From NCBI GenBank assembly GCA_951406725.2, contig OX597817.1, forward strand, positions 146,754,001 to 146,818,000: DNA of 64,000 nt. Reading direction: 5' to 3'. Both the position numbers and the translations under genes were made by a program. The first letter of the stretch is position 1, and each line of letters begins with the position of its first letter. This stretch comes from Octopus vulgaris (taxonomy: Eukaryota). Below, piece by piece: positions 40,166 through 54,284 of this stretch. The notes under the pieces are model-generated. The model searched no databases. It had not been told where the DNA came from and worked only from the letters and a program-made list of their open reading frames with translations.

Positions 40166-40660
40166 GTGTATGTATATATATATATATATATATATATAAT
40201 AAAAATAATAATAATAACAATAATAATAATAATCCGAAACCCGGATATGTGGATGTCCTAAACTTCATAATCTTTTATTTTTTGTGCCTTTGAATGTAAT
40301 CTTTCCGTTTCGTCGCTTACTGTTTTTCTCTGTTATCTTGGCATTGCACGGTGGCTTAATTAAGACTTTAGTTCTTATTTCTAGCAGGTGTATGCTTCTA
40401 TGCATCCTTAGGCTTCGTGCAAATTTGTAATTTATAGCTATATAATGCTATTTGCCTGCGGACCACCTATGTTACTACTGCTGGTATCATCAATTTTAAA
40501 GTTTCTCCACAGATGATATTAACAGTAGTGACATCTATTTCAGATCTTAGTGTCTGAATGTTATATATATATATAAATATATAAGGCGAATTGGTCCCTT
40601 TACATACTGAATACTTGGTGAAATTGATTAATAACTAATTAATTTTACCCTCAATTGTTG

Positions 40661-40699
<39 letters not shown>

Positions 40700-40701
<2 letters not shown>

Positions 40702-40905
40702 TTTTCAAAATGCAATCGCGTGTGTATCGTTGGCGATTTTCTTCCTCTGTCTTCCATTCCTTTGGACTTTCCTCTATTTCTGAAGAAGAGCAAGGCTCGA
40801 AACATTAAATCCTCTTTCCTTTTTCTTCCTGAGCGCTTGATAATACAGTACTTGTACCACGTCCTCGTAGTATTGTTTTTTCTTGTTTGTTCTTCTTTGT
40901 TGGGT

Positions 40906-40910
<5 letters not shown>
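40700..40910 (+). mobile_element. Family H element, same subfamily as 25110-25337
   Basis: CTGAAGA-AGAGCAAGGCTC-GAAACATTA; between TA arrays. Confidence 0.75.
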
Positions 40911-40976
<66 letters not shown>

Positions 40977-40983
40977 CTATATA

Positions 40984-41046
<63 letters not shown>

Positions 41047-41051
41047 ATCTA

Positions 41052-41114
<63 letters not shown>

Positions 41115-41514
41115 ATATATATATATATTCAAGATATATGTATATAAGGTTACGTGTTAAAGACAGTATCGAAATCTTATTTCAGACTAAGTCGCAGATC
41201 GTGTGTCCACGGAGCACGTTCACCACTTATGGCTACCAGGCATCATCAGTAACACTTACCCAACATCGTTGTAATAATTCCAGAATGGACGTTGGGTATG
41301 TATTAAAGATAAACAGAGAAGACGGAATGTGCCAACCATATTACCACAACAGTTGCCTTATCTTCAAGATGCTGCACTGCTCCCTTGTGGGCGTGGACGT
41401 GCAATAACACCAGATGCAACGCACAGTACATAGAAGACACCTCATGTGGAATAATAAGGCTATTATTATACATACATACACACACGCACAGACATACACA
41501 CAGGTTAGTAAAGT

Positions 41515-41850
41515 GAAGGCGCATGGCTCAGTGGTTAGAGCGTCGAGCTTACGATCGTGAGGTTGTGAGTTCGAATCTCGGACCGGGCTGCGTGTTGTGT
41601 TCTTGAGCAAGACACTTTATTTCACGTTGCTCCATTTAACTCAGCTGTAGAAATGAGTTGCGACGTCACAGGTGCCAAGCTTTATCGGCCGTTGCCTTTC
41701 CATTGGATAACACTGGTGGCGTGGAGAGGGGAGGCCGGTATGCATGGGCGACTGCTGGTCTTCCATAAACAACCTTGCCCGGACTTGTGCCTGGGAAGGT
41801 ATTTTTCTAGATGCAATTATAATGTTCAGTCATGACAGAATGGGGGTCTA
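41515..41850 (+). mobile_element. tRNA-derived SINE family D, full length
   Basis: TGGCTCAGTGG A box, GAGTTCGAATC B box, TTCTTGAGCAAGACACTT core. Confidence 0.85.
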
Positions 41851-42091
41851 AGGTTAGTAGAGTTGGAATAACCGTCTAAGGGATAAAAGTATCCATTACA
41901 CTATCGGTATAATTACCTATGTTAATCCTGGACATACATATGCAAGCATATTATGCTCAGAGATTACAGGTAATGACAAAGATATCAGGAATCAAGTTTA
42001 TAGTAAATAGAAAATGGAGAAATATTGATCAACAACAATTGACTCGCATTAATAATCATTTTTCAACTCAATACAAATAGACTGCATCCGA

Positions 42092-42206
42092 TCTAACAGC
42101 TGTTTCTGCTTCCAGTGTTATATGGTATTGCCATTGATATGCTAGAAAATAATATTCATCGTATTTGGTAACAAAACCGATCTGGACCATGGAGCTTCAT
42201 CAGAGT
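42092..42206 (-). ncRNA. Hammerhead motif with very long stem II in PLE-like fragment (~41850-42790)
   Basis: Minus strand: CT-CTGATGA-AGCTCCA...TGGAAGCA-GAAAC-AGCT-GTT-AG; weak stem I. Confidence 0.55.
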
Positions 42207-42901
42207 GAAGAAAAATACATACATAAAAGAAAAGAAGAAGAGCCTAGAGAAGAAAAGGAAAGGCTGAATATGTTTAAATCATACCATTTTGCATATGTGA
42301 CGCTTCAGGACATTGAGTAAATAACTAAATTTAAAATAGTAACTGGTGGGTTAATTTTTTCTATGGGGGTAATAGAGTGGATAAGTAATAAAAAAAGTAA
42401 ACATAAAAGAATTAATAATAATGGAATACGCCAACAGGTTTAGTCAAAGAGGGAGTGAAGGTACCATAAAATTTTAAAGTAATCATAATAGTTTTTATTA
42501 ATATGTTTATAGTAGTAATTAATTGTTTTTATAATAAAGTACCCAAATATTAATTTCAATTATTTGCTTACCAATGGGATTGACCAAGGTCCAGCGTTCG
42601 ATATAATTGGTCAGTTAAATCTATAAACAAAGGGGAAACTATTAAGACCGTTATACGGGTTGCTATAAGTAAGGAAAATAAACAAAAATATGGAAAAGTG
42701 GTATATGCTGTAAGGGGCCCCCAAACGCCTAGAACATTATAATTAAAAAAGAAACCAAACATGTAAACATGTACAATGCGAAGGAATGAACAATGCCAGC
42801 AGTGTCCATTAACGTATAGAGAGGTATCTGGACATTTAGGATTTAAGGCGGTTGGGGGTGGGGTGGAATGGTCCAAAAGCTTTATAAAATAGGACTGTAT
42901 A

Positions 42902-43380
<479 letters not shown>

Positions 43381-43681
43381 TGTGAAATTTGTAGACTATG
43401 AAGAGAATTTATTCCGCAGGAAAAGAATTAGGGAGGGTGATAAGGATGATAATTACGATGAAGGGGAGGTAATGACTAGGGAAATGACCTAAACTGAGAG
43501 ATTACGATACAAAGTCTAACTTCTGAACTAACATTCACAGCACCTAAGCAGTGAGCTGACTAGAAAATCAAACAGTTGATTGGCTAAACATTCCCTAAGT
43601 CAACCAGCCTAGTGGTCATATGAATAAGTATAACTATAAATCTCTAAATTAATTAAAGGATTAAAAATTAATTACTTGCTA

Positions 43682-43767
<86 letters not shown>

Positions 43768-43771
<4 letters not shown>

Positions 43772-43880
43772 TAGTTTTATTTTTATAGCGTGCTTTCACT
43801 TCACTACCGAGCGCAGCTCTGTGTGCCTTGGGTATGTGCTGTGATTTGTTGTGATGCTCTGATGGTTATTGTATGGAATA
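43768..43880 (-). mobile_element. Dong/R4 3'-UTR fragment inside (TAT)n
   Basis: Reverse complement of 35950-36040; TAT arrays on both sides. Confidence 0.8.
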
Positions 43881-43953
<73 letters not shown>

Positions 43954-44058
43954 AGATGCAAGCTCATAATACAGTTTGCTCAGTCATATTTAATATAAGC
44001 GTTTTTGTTGCTACAACAAGAACAAGAACAAAACCAACAACTGTGGATACATAGAAAT

Positions 44059-44110
<52 letters not shown>

Positions 44111-44218
44111 ACGTGCTGTCGGGAATCGAACTTACAGCCGTGAACTGATTAACCCAACCACTAAGTCACGTGCCTTCACACCAATACAGGTGTATCAAAT
44201 ACCATAGGACATGTTCTC

Positions 44219-44492
44219 GATTTATTAAAGTCATCCTCGTCTCCAGTGAGGTGTGTGTAATAACTATCAAATAGTAATTAAGCCAACTCCACTTGAGCAG
44301 GGGAGATAATCTCAAGATTCAGAAACACGCGTCAACAACTGTCCTGTTATCTTCAGACAATAAGCTTGTTATTTTCTTTAATGACATGTCAAACATCTGA
44401 TAATTACCCCCGCTTCTCATGTGGAGTTATTCTTAATTGTCATTTAGTAATTACGTTACATCTTCTAGAGGCGGAGATAATTTTAATAAATC
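44219..44492. repeat. Old imperfect ~270-bp palindrome
   Basis: GATTTATTAAAG/TTTTAATAAATC, CGTCTCCAG/CTAGAGGCG, AACTCCACTTGAG/CTCATGTGGAGTT, GGGG/CCCC nested symmetry. Confidence 0.65.
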
Positions 44493-44771
44493 AAAAATTC
44501 TATAGAATAACCATAATAGTCAGTTTTAATAAACTATGAAAGCAGGCGTCGACATGGGAAACAAGTTCGCTTGAGCAAGCCAGTGAAATATATCAGTTGT
44601 TTCATAGTTCTTTTAGACTTTCTCTTTTACTAATGACTCATTCATCCAATCATACAACGACACCATACACACATGAATCCACCTGACCCTTGATTTATTT
44701 ACCTGTCAACATTTTCGTTGAGTGACTTCAAACCATAGTCTAGAAACAAACCAGCAAGGGACACTCTACGT

Positions 44772-45485
44772 CAGGCCTGGCCAACTCGAATTACATTGCG
44801 GGCCACTCTAATCACAGAAAGTTTTCTGAGGGCCGCTTGTATACTGCCAAAAGTGAAAGAATTTTGCTTTCTCATGCTATTATTACCATAATTTGCTTTT
44901 TTGTTTTGAGACTCAAAGAATAGAAAGACCCAGAGGCCCGAAATTCCGTTTTAAAGACCAGCTCAAACAGACCCTGACTCAAACTAACATCCAGCCATCC
45001 TCATGGTAACAGATTGCCATGGAATAAGACAGCCTGGAGGACTGCCATCCGCAATGGAGCCAGCTCCTTCGAGCAGAACAGGCAACAGAATGTGGAGGTA
45101 AAATGCAGGAGAAGAAAAGAGCGTCTTCAAGATCCTCGACCTGCATCGACCATCCTATGCGAATTCTGCCCACGACTCTTTCACCAACGACTCGGACTCC
45201 AAAGTCCCATTCGGCACAAAGATCTGCTGAGGAGACTGACGAACCTAATGCTCGGATACGAGCTGGAGTCGACGACGATTACAATAATAAATGATCGTTG
45301 ATTGAACATGAAATATTATCAATGCAAAAACAGTTGTATCTTTCTTTTTTAATTTTCATTACAATCTTTAATTTTTGGTAACATTAAAAAAAAATGTTTG
45401 TTTAAATAAACCCATTTCAAGAAAGTATCAAGCGGGCCGCAAGGTAAAGGTCTGCTGGCCGCGGGCCTCATGTTGGCCAGCCCTG
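44772..45485. mobile_element. hAT (Charlie-like) MITE containing an RTE fragment
   Basis: TIRs CAGGCCTGGCCAAC / GTTGGCCAGCCCTG; subterminal GCGGGCC repeats; degenerate 8-bp flanks CTCTACGT/GTCTATGC. Confidence 0.7.
44910..45285 (+). pseudogene. RTE-clade LINE C-terminal fragment
   Basis: RFKDQLKQTL...W...AWRTAIRNG..FE..R...RRRK...CEFCPRLF..RLGLQS zinc-finger-like tail. Confidence 0.75.
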
Positions 45486-46015
45486 GTCTATGCAATCACT
45501 TGATTTGCTAGGAATAACAACTAAATATCTTCAAATCACAAACTACCGTCTTAAAAGGGACTTAAATAGTTAATGTGGTTCAGGATTTCATATATGGGAT
45601 GATCACGGCTGAAATGCCTTTAAACATAGGCATGATCCATCCGTTTGGTCCATTATCGGGTGAGTGTCGGATGAAATAGTAGCGTTTTATGTTCTAAGTT
45701 CAAATCTTGCTGAGGTCAACTACTCTGCCTTTCATTCTTCCGAGGTCGGTAAAATAAATACCAGTTCAGTACTGAGGTCGATGTAACTGACTAAACCCCC
45801 TCCCTTTAAAACTGCTGGCCTCCTGCAAAAAAAAAAAAAAAAATTAGGAAGAATTATTTTAGAAAGGACTGATTGTTATATGGTTATTCGATCCGTTAGA
45901 AATAACTGCTAAATCTATCTCGAATCACCTAATTCTCTGTTAAGAGGAAGGTTGCATAGTCTTCAATCAAGATGATTGATCATAGCTGGATCACCTTTTC
46001 AGTTATTATAAAAAC

Positions 46016-46063
<48 letters not shown>

Positions 46064-46419
46064 TGAGAGAGAGAGAAAGAGAGAGTGAGAGAGTGAGAGT
46101 GAGAGAAAAAAGAGCCCGAGAGAGATAGAGAAAGAGAGAGAGTGAGAGAGTGTGAGTGAGTGAGAGAAAAAGGAGCCTGAGAGAGATAGAGGAAGGGAGA
46201 CAAAGAGAAAGAGAGAGAAAGAGAGAGAGCAAGAAAGGGAGAGAGAAAGAAATAAAGAAAGAGAAAGAGAAAGAAAGAGGGAAGGAAAGAGAGAGATAGA
46301 GAGCAACCATAGAATTTTGTAGTAAGGAAAGATTTTATTAGGTAGATGGATTTATTCCGGGTGCCATTGAGGGAAAAATCTAATGGTTTCCTTATTGGCA
46401 AGAGGGAGTATCTCTCAGG

Positions 46420-46754
46420 TCTGGCTGTGTGGTTTAGAAGCTGACTTCGCAACCACCTGGTTTGGGATTCAGTCCCACTGTGTGGCACGGGCAAGTGTCT
46501 CTTCTATTGCCTCAGACCGACCAATACCATGTGAATGAATTTGCTTGACGGAAACTGTGTGGAAGCTAGCCATGATAGATCGTTAGCCACTACACACATA
46601 TTTTTCTCTCCTTGTTTTGTTTCTGTGTCCTTTTCTGTAGAAGAGCGTAGGCTCGAAACGTAAAAGACTTTTTCTATTTCTGAGCGTTATACTAATATGT
46701 CTGTTTGTTTAGTACACCACCTGTCTTCGTCTTTTGTTTTTTTTCGTAAACTCT

Positions 46755-46817
<63 letters not shown>

Positions 46818-47060
46818 ATATATGTAAGTATGTACGTATGTATGTGTGTGTGTGGTGTATGTATATATGTGCGTGCGTATGTCTGTTAGCCGCTGCCTGA
46901 TGGCCGCTGTTCGTTTGCTTACGTCCCATTATCCAATAAAATAAGCACAGTACCAGACTTAAAGAATAAGTACTGGAATCGATTTGTTCTGCTAAAACCC
47001 TTTGAAGAGGTGCCCCAGCACGGCCGCAATTTGATGACAGAAACAAGTAAAAAAATAAAA
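46420..47060 (+). mobile_element. SINE family A split by a family H element (46575-46760)
   Basis: Head 46420-46570, HHR-like element, (TA)n, tail 46880-47060. Confidence 0.8.
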
Positions 47061-49059
47061 AAAAAAGATGCATAAATTAGCAACATTTAAGAACACAGCT
47101 TATTTGTAAATATCGCATAGTAAACGTTGTATTCACTTGTAAATATCTTTTGGTAAACATCAGATTCAAGAGTAAATACCTCGTAACAAACATTGTATTA
47201 AGATAACAGCATAAATATCGTCTGAGAAGTATTTAAAATGTAAAGCAGACACCACCAGCATATCTTGTAAAACATCTTCCACTTCTAATCGCCTGCAAAT
47301 TAGATTGGAAATTACTAAATTAAGCAGGGATAGAGATATAATTAACTGCCTTCATTAATTCCCTTAATTTTTCTAAGTAAGAGCGTCCGTAGTTTATTGG
47401 AGTGGAAATTGGGATATTAAGGGAAATTAGTGCTTCTTAATGTGCATTTTGAATTATTGCAGGCTGCAGTGAAAAACTATAATGGAAAGGGAATTGCAAA
47501 GGATTGTAGTTCTGGAGAAAGATTTTGGTTTGTACAGAGGTGGTAAAAAGACTGAGTAAATATAATATTTCTCAGTCGTTCGTATTTTGCTTAATTTTTT
47601 ATGTTGTTGTGCTAGTCTGTTAATATTCTAAGTTTTCCATACACACGTCCTCCAACTGCCACACAGTGAGGTGCAATGGCCCAGTGGTTAGGGCAGTGGT
47701 CTCGCGGTCGTAAGAACGCGGTTTCGATTCCCAGACCGGGCATTGTGAGTGCTTATTGAGCAAAACACCTAAGCTCCACGAGTCTCCGGCAGGGAAGGGG
47801 GGCGGTGAACCCCGCTGTTCTCTTTCACCACAACTTTCTCTCACTCTTTCTTCCTACTTCTTCCACAAAACAGAGGAACCATGGTGTAACCTACTATGAT
47901 GTGGTAAACTTTCAGACCCTAGTCTAGATTGCGAATCCTCTGTACCACAGGATGGTTCAGCTCTCCACCCGTTAAAAGTCACCGTTTACGGAATGAGGAT
48001 AACAACGTAACCCTTGCATCCGTGCAACCGCCAGTCTATCGCGTGTGGTGGCTGGATCTTCAAGTTAGCTTAGAGTAGGCTCGAATTAGAGATTATTCTT
48101 TGTGGCTAATGGCGTGAGTCCTGATTGGAAGAAGAAGACCGCCACACATGTTTCGACAAATCTGCATAGTTTCTTTTACCTTTCATTCGTGATGGTGTAA
48201 CAATTTAACACTTTTCTAACTACTGTAACTTTGGTATTAATCGGAAGGAACTCCCCTCCTTGACACAAGTACAATAAGCTATTCAGAAAAAACAAAAGTT
48301 TCAAAGTTAGTTACAGCTGCACAAAGAACCGTGGTAGCAAAATTGGAAAACAACATTCAAGAGTTCAGATGAAATTGCAGAGTTAAATTGAACTGGTTGC
48401 TTGCTAAAGAAAGAACTTGGCTTTTGAACCATGATAATTATTCAGTGGATAGCATATACAGAGAGAAAATATATATCGGTATGTACGAAAGCAATTTTGA
48501 GGGACGTTTCTTCATTCGCATATCCACCATCCGGAATGATAAAAAAATGAAAGAAACGCTAGTTTTTCGGGGAAATGTATGAGGATTAAAGGTGGTTTCT
48601 TAAGAAGCTCCCGGACACCGCTACAGGATTATTTTGTCTCATTTATTGTATGAAGAGGAGTTGTTATTGAAATCTTTGTTCTTAGGTTTACACTTCAACA
48701 TCATTATTTTGACGAAACTTTCACAGTGTTCTGTGATCATGTCGTATGATTCCACTGAGAAATTTTTTTATTAATATAGCTTTGGCTTTCATACTCGAAC
48801 CAATATATAATTTACTGTTGGCTCCGGAAAAACTTTCGTTTAACTCCTCAGGAGTCTCCGTAGTGGAGAATTAGTAGACAATCAAGTAGAATAGTAAGAT
48901 TACTAACGGATGAAATCCCGTGAAACTTATTTTGTTGGAAGTTGTCAATGTAAAAAGAACAAAATAATGGGTTCACTAGGTTAAGTTTTATTTGTGAAAT
49001 ACAGTTGTTTTGAATTTGCTTCAGAAAGAGGTCTATGATTGTGATGGTTAGTTGGGATG

Positions 49060-49126
49060 GGGGGCGCTAGGAATGTGGCCCGGGTGTCAAGGGGACGGCA
49101 ACTTGAAAAAGTTTGGGAACCACTGT
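49060..49126. mobile_element. hAT (Charlie-like) terminus
   Basis: GGGGGCGC...AAAAAGTTTGGGAACCACTG. Confidence 0.5.
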
Positions 49127-49149
49127 TGTAGACTATATGGACTCTCTAT

Positions 49150-49950
49150 ATTTGAACTCTGTTTACCAAAGAGAAAGAAAGGAACAATCAACTATCATTA
49201 TTTGTTGTACAGAGGTACAAAGAACAAAACCAGTAGTCAAAACATCTCTGTATTGAACATCAGCAGCCACTGGACTCTATCTAAAGATGAATTTTACTAT
49301 GCTTACAGCATTAAGAAAATTATTGTCAAATGCCTACAATATCGAGCAAAGAAGATCTGCACCAATGAATCAGCTTTTAAAGATGACAACTAAAAATAAA
49401 CTCGTGAATAACAATCCACCACCCATCATATGAGTCTCACTTCCACTTTTAAGCACAAAATAGAAGTTGGCTCAAACTTACAACAAGCCAAACTTACCGC
49501 AAATATTTTTTCCCCAGATAAACCAGAGAATCTATTTCACGTATAACATTAAGTAACATCACAGATCGTAGTCGCCTCACCAAAGTTAAACATACTCAAG
49601 AGTGATCAGAACATAAAAATTACATCTACAATAACTCTTGTACAGAAGGTTTTCTGGAAAGAGAAGCTAGGCGGTCTTTGCAGGTCAAACTCAAGGAACA
49701 TAAAAATGCCTGAAATAGAAGAGAAATATCTAAGTCAGGCATGGTTGAGCATGTATAGGAAAACAAAGTATGTAGCTCTATGATATGACATTCCAATAAA
49801 TAATAGAGAACCATTGTAGAGCGTAAGAAATATCAAAGGAGAACATAAAAAATTTTCTTACTGTTTATTAACCCAGGCAGTAAGTGCAGTACTGATCGTC
49901 TTTCCTAAAATTACAACAAAAACGTGTCAGTGGATTAAAGTGTTATTAAA
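49150..49950 (+). pseudogene. Degenerate Penelope-like RT thumb and GIY-YIG region
   Basis: IKKIIVKCLQYRAKKIC; EARRSLQVKLKEHK...SGMVEH resembles ET.R.L..RL.EH...SA.AEH. Confidence 0.65.
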
Positions 49951-50207
49951 TCTTGGTTAAGAACTATTAAAGATTAGTTAAGAATTAATAGTCTTGTCAT
50001 TCAGTATGGAAGAGATTGATGGATGTGCGTTGGAGAAAGACAGTGTCCACTTTTAGTTGAGCTTACAATTCTTTGCGAACGGTTGTCAGTTGTTCTCGGG
50101 TTAGGATAATTTCTTCGTGGAAAAGGGTCTTTTTCTTTAGAGTTTGCTTTATTATAGTTCTATATTTAAAAGATGAGGAATTATGTACATTATTTACATT
50201 ATTTACA

Positions 50208-50440
50208 TATGGCGTAGTGGTTAAGAGCGCGGGCTACTAACCCCAAGATTCCGAATTCGATTCCAAGCAGTGACCTGAACAGCAACAACAACAACAACAA
50301 CAATAATAATAATAATAATAACATCGAAGAATACCTTACCCAGGTTCAAAATTTCCCCAAGACACCTGATGAAGGCTGGAGGGTGTTTCAGCCGAAACGT
50401 TGTGTTAACAACAATCAAGATGAGGACAAATATCCGTTTG
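50208..50440 (+). mobile_element. tRNA-headed SINE-like element carrying a hammerhead ribozyme
   Basis: A box TGGCGTAGTGG, GGG-CTACTAA-CCC anticodon-like arm, B-box-like ATTCGATTCC, (AAC/AAT)n linker, then HHR. Confidence 0.7.
50361..50406 (+). ncRNA. Type-I hammerhead ribozyme motif
   Basis: GACAC-CTGATGA-A-GGCTGGA-gggtgt-TTCAGCC-GAAAC-GTT-GTGTT; 5-bp stem I, 7-bp stem II, palindromic AACGTT. Confidence 0.85.
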
Positions 50441-51494
50441 CTTTATTATATTAGCATCAACGAACGAGGAAGTTTGGTTTCTGTTTTGAGGATGTTTGGA
50501 AAGTCAGTTTTGAAGAGCAAATCATCATAAGACAATTATGGATTGTTAAATTTATTTTGTTCTGCAATTGTAGATTGATCAGTCATTGTATCTTATTGAT
50601 TTCAAATATTGGCACCAGTCCAGCAATTTCGGATGAGGTAGTAAGTTGATTACATTGGCTCTAGTGTTTAACTGGTACTTATTTTATCGACCCCGAAAGG
50701 CAAAGTCAACCTTGGTGGAATTTGAATTTAAAACGTAAAGACGGACGAAATTTCGCAAAGCATTTTGTCCGGCATGCGAACGATTCTGCCAGCTCACCAA
50801 AATCGGTTATTGTATCATATTTTAAAGATATGTATGTAAAGAAAGGGGACTTTCTCAATCTGAACAAACTTAGCGGAAATTTAACGAATGTGTTAAGTCC
50901 GCAGCAAAGGAATTTTTAAGCACAACTGCATAACTTTGAAATTTAATGAAAAAAAAGGAAAGAAAAAAAGAAAGGACATTAACAGAATGAAAAAGAAACA
51001 TGATAATAATCTGAGTTACTATTACAAAGAAGAAATAATCCAGGAAATTCCTCTCCAATATGATAATTCTTCTTAGATAACTTTTTGATAGATCTTAGCT
51101 TATTGGCTGGAAGCCTCAATAGTAATGGAAAAAATCGCCTTATTCGGAATCTATGTTTTGATTTTCGTTGGTGAAAGGAATAAAAAAAATCCATGCATAT
51201 ATTTTCTTTTATTTTTACTTGTTTCAGTCATTAAACTGCGGCCATACTGGAACACCATTTTCAATTTTATTAAATTTTCTTCCTTTTAATTTTTCTTTTT
51301 AGTACAAAATCATTAACACACATATACAGTTACTATTTCGATCTCGTTGAATTTCTTCAGGACGACATAGTTATGAATCAAGGGTGTTTAAAACATTAAG
51401 CATTACGTTACATTTAATTAAATGTTTATTAACTTTACAGAAGAATAACGAAGGATAGGGAAGTATTAGAGAAGGCAAAACAAGAGTAATTGTC

Positions 51495-51925
51495 GGTACT
51501 TTTCGGTTTGACCGGCAGTTTTTAAAAATAATTTCCACGTAACTAAACACTTTTAAACTTCGTATACGGGTAGAATGTGTTTATAAAACATCTTTTTCTC
51601 TTGGCTTTATTGAGAAAATTCTATAGTTTGTTAGATATTTCTTGTTGTTTTTCTTCAATTTCTGCAATTTCAACCAATCAATGACGTCTATTGAGGTGAA
51701 AACATTCTGTGCCATATGAATATGTCCCTCATTTAAGAAACAGATTGGGTTTATTTACATTTCTGAAGAAAACAAGCTACCCTTCCTCCCACCCCTAACC
51801 CTAACCCTAACTAACCCTAACCCTAAAACAGATTGAAATGCAATAGATCGATACTAGGGTCATAATTATGGGTGACAATTTCATATGAAACCGCTAGAAA
51901 AACTGCCGTTCAAACCGAAAAATCC
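51495..51925. mobile_element. Non-autonomous DNA transposon with 8-bp TSD (Merlin-like) and internal (CCCTAA)n
   Basis: TSD TAATTGTC at 51487-51494 and 51926-51933; TIRs GG..TTTTCGGTTTGACCGGCAGTTTT / AAAACTGCCGTTCAAACCGAAAA..CC. Confidence 0.8.
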
Positions 51926-52182
51926 TAATTGTCTCCTTCTTTGAGGCATAAAAGGCACCAGATCACTCATTCTCCCACAATTCTATGTTTTATGAATACA
52001 TATCTTGCATCCATTTAATATGAAAAATATTTTGCACCTCGTTTTTTTTTTTACTTTGCAATACATTTTCTCTCTTCTTTTTGATAGATGTTGAGTCCAC
52101 TAATATCGAAAATGTAATTATAATTAACATCATTGTTTTTAGCATAGTAAAATGGATATTATAAAGACCTTTATTATTATTA

Positions 52183-52255
<73 letters not shown>

Positions 52256-52990
52256 AATTATTAAAATATTGAAGAGGAAATAGCAACATGGTAACATAGA
52301 AATGTTGCTAATTTCCCCCCCTTTGTCCATTGATTAATTATGGGGCTATGAAATATTAATTTAACTACAATAACAACAAAGAGCATTATACAAATAGATA
52401 TCTAAGAAACAACAACAAGAACAGCAGCAACAACAAAAGACGAAGAAATAAATCACTACGAATAACTTTGTATAGAAATAACCTCTGCTTCTGAAACATT
52501 TTGCAACAACGACAACAACACCACCAATAGCTACTGTAACAGAGGCAGCATTAGAAATTATAAATAGTAGTAAAAAAATGATATTGAAAATGTTACTTTG
52601 AAGCAGTTTAGAAAAAGAAGGTCATTTAATATAAGTTTTTTTTCAGATACTTTCTTCTTTCCTGAAATATAACAATGCTTACAATCTTTGATTATATGAC
52701 AAAGCTTACAATCTCTGTTCTTATGAGAAGCCATTGTTAGCGCAGCGAATTGTCGTCTGCTTGTTAATGAAAAATGTACTGAGATTATTAAAGGGAAAGA
52801 TGATAACAATATTTGACAATTGAGACATTTTTTTTTTTGAAAATTTTGATAGTTTTTGCTTCTTTTTGTTCTGTTATACTTCAGTTTCCACTCAATTTAT
52901 CCCCAAAGACTTCATATTTTATTTTGGTTTGTTATTTCTTATTGTTTATCTGACAACATTTTACCGGGCTCTGCTTCTCTTACATTTCTT

Positions 52991-53084
<94 letters not shown>

Positions 53085-53964
53085 TTCAGAAATTAACTAT
53101 ATATATTTCTATCTTTCTCGTCTACCTCTTAGTTTTACTTTTTATTTTCATCTTTCCCGCATTCGGTCAATAGTTCTAGAAGACATTATCTATTTTATTC
53201 TTCTTATTCCAATTCTCTTTATTTGCTAATTTTTCTTGTGTAGTCATTGTCTTTAACAATGTTTTTCCGAACAAAATCCCATCTGTCACATACAATCATT
53301 TCCGAAAGATTTTAAAGATTTTTATCTAATTTCTCAAGACAAAATAACAAGATTACTTTTATTCGTTTTACTTTACAGTACACCCACTTACACATAGTTT
53401 TGTCGATGTTAATTTCCTATATTATCAAGTATGTAGACGTTGAAACAAACACTAAGCATTTATCTATTCTCCCTCTGTATCAAGGTCATGAAAATAGCTA
53501 ATTACAAAATCTTAGTGAAATAACCTCCGTGAACTTGCTCATTACATTTATAATTCAATTGAGGGATATGAAGAAAATATCAAGAGAATAAAATAAATAT
53601 AATATAAAAAGAAGGATAGTTTTCCCTCTATTAACATAAATAACTATATGTCCACATTTGCATTTAGTCTGTATACCTAATTTCTTAAATAATACCGTAT
53701 GTTTCCAATTTTCACGAAATATCACACGACTTTATAATATCACTTATCACAAAAAATGCAGAGTGGTTGATTGCACTATAAGCTAGTCTAAGCAGGAGAG
53801 ACACTTCTTATCATTATTTATAAAGCACAAAAATGTTATACAAATATATCACCTCAACTGGATGAAGTATCATTAGCATAGTCACGATGAAAGACTTTTA
53901 AAAAGTCGATTTTAATACAGAATAGATTGAAAGGAAAATCCAGCAACGTATTATGTGTCTTTTA

Positions 53965-54192
53965 TATTTTACTTGTTTCAGTCATTAGACTGAGGCTAGA
54001 ATGGGACACCCAGAGGAATTTAGTCGAAGAAATCAAATCCCGGTACTTATTTGTTTCTATTTTGAAATTTGGTATTTATTCTGTCGGTCCCTTTTGCTGA
54101 ACATAGTTTCGGAAGTTACGGAAAAGTAATAAAAAAACATCAGTTGTCAAGCGGTGAGGCGGGGTAGGAGTACAAGCACAAAACAAACACAT

Positions 54193-54284
<92 letters not shown>

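Noticed and set aside
41515-41590. tRNA-like sequences (also 18008, 30330, 47668, 50208)
   Set aside because: No complete acceptor stem, and each continues into a SINE body; these are SINE heads, not tRNA genes.
51792-51826. Telomere or chromosome-fusion scar
   Set aside because: Only about five units, and internal to a TSD-flanked transposon.
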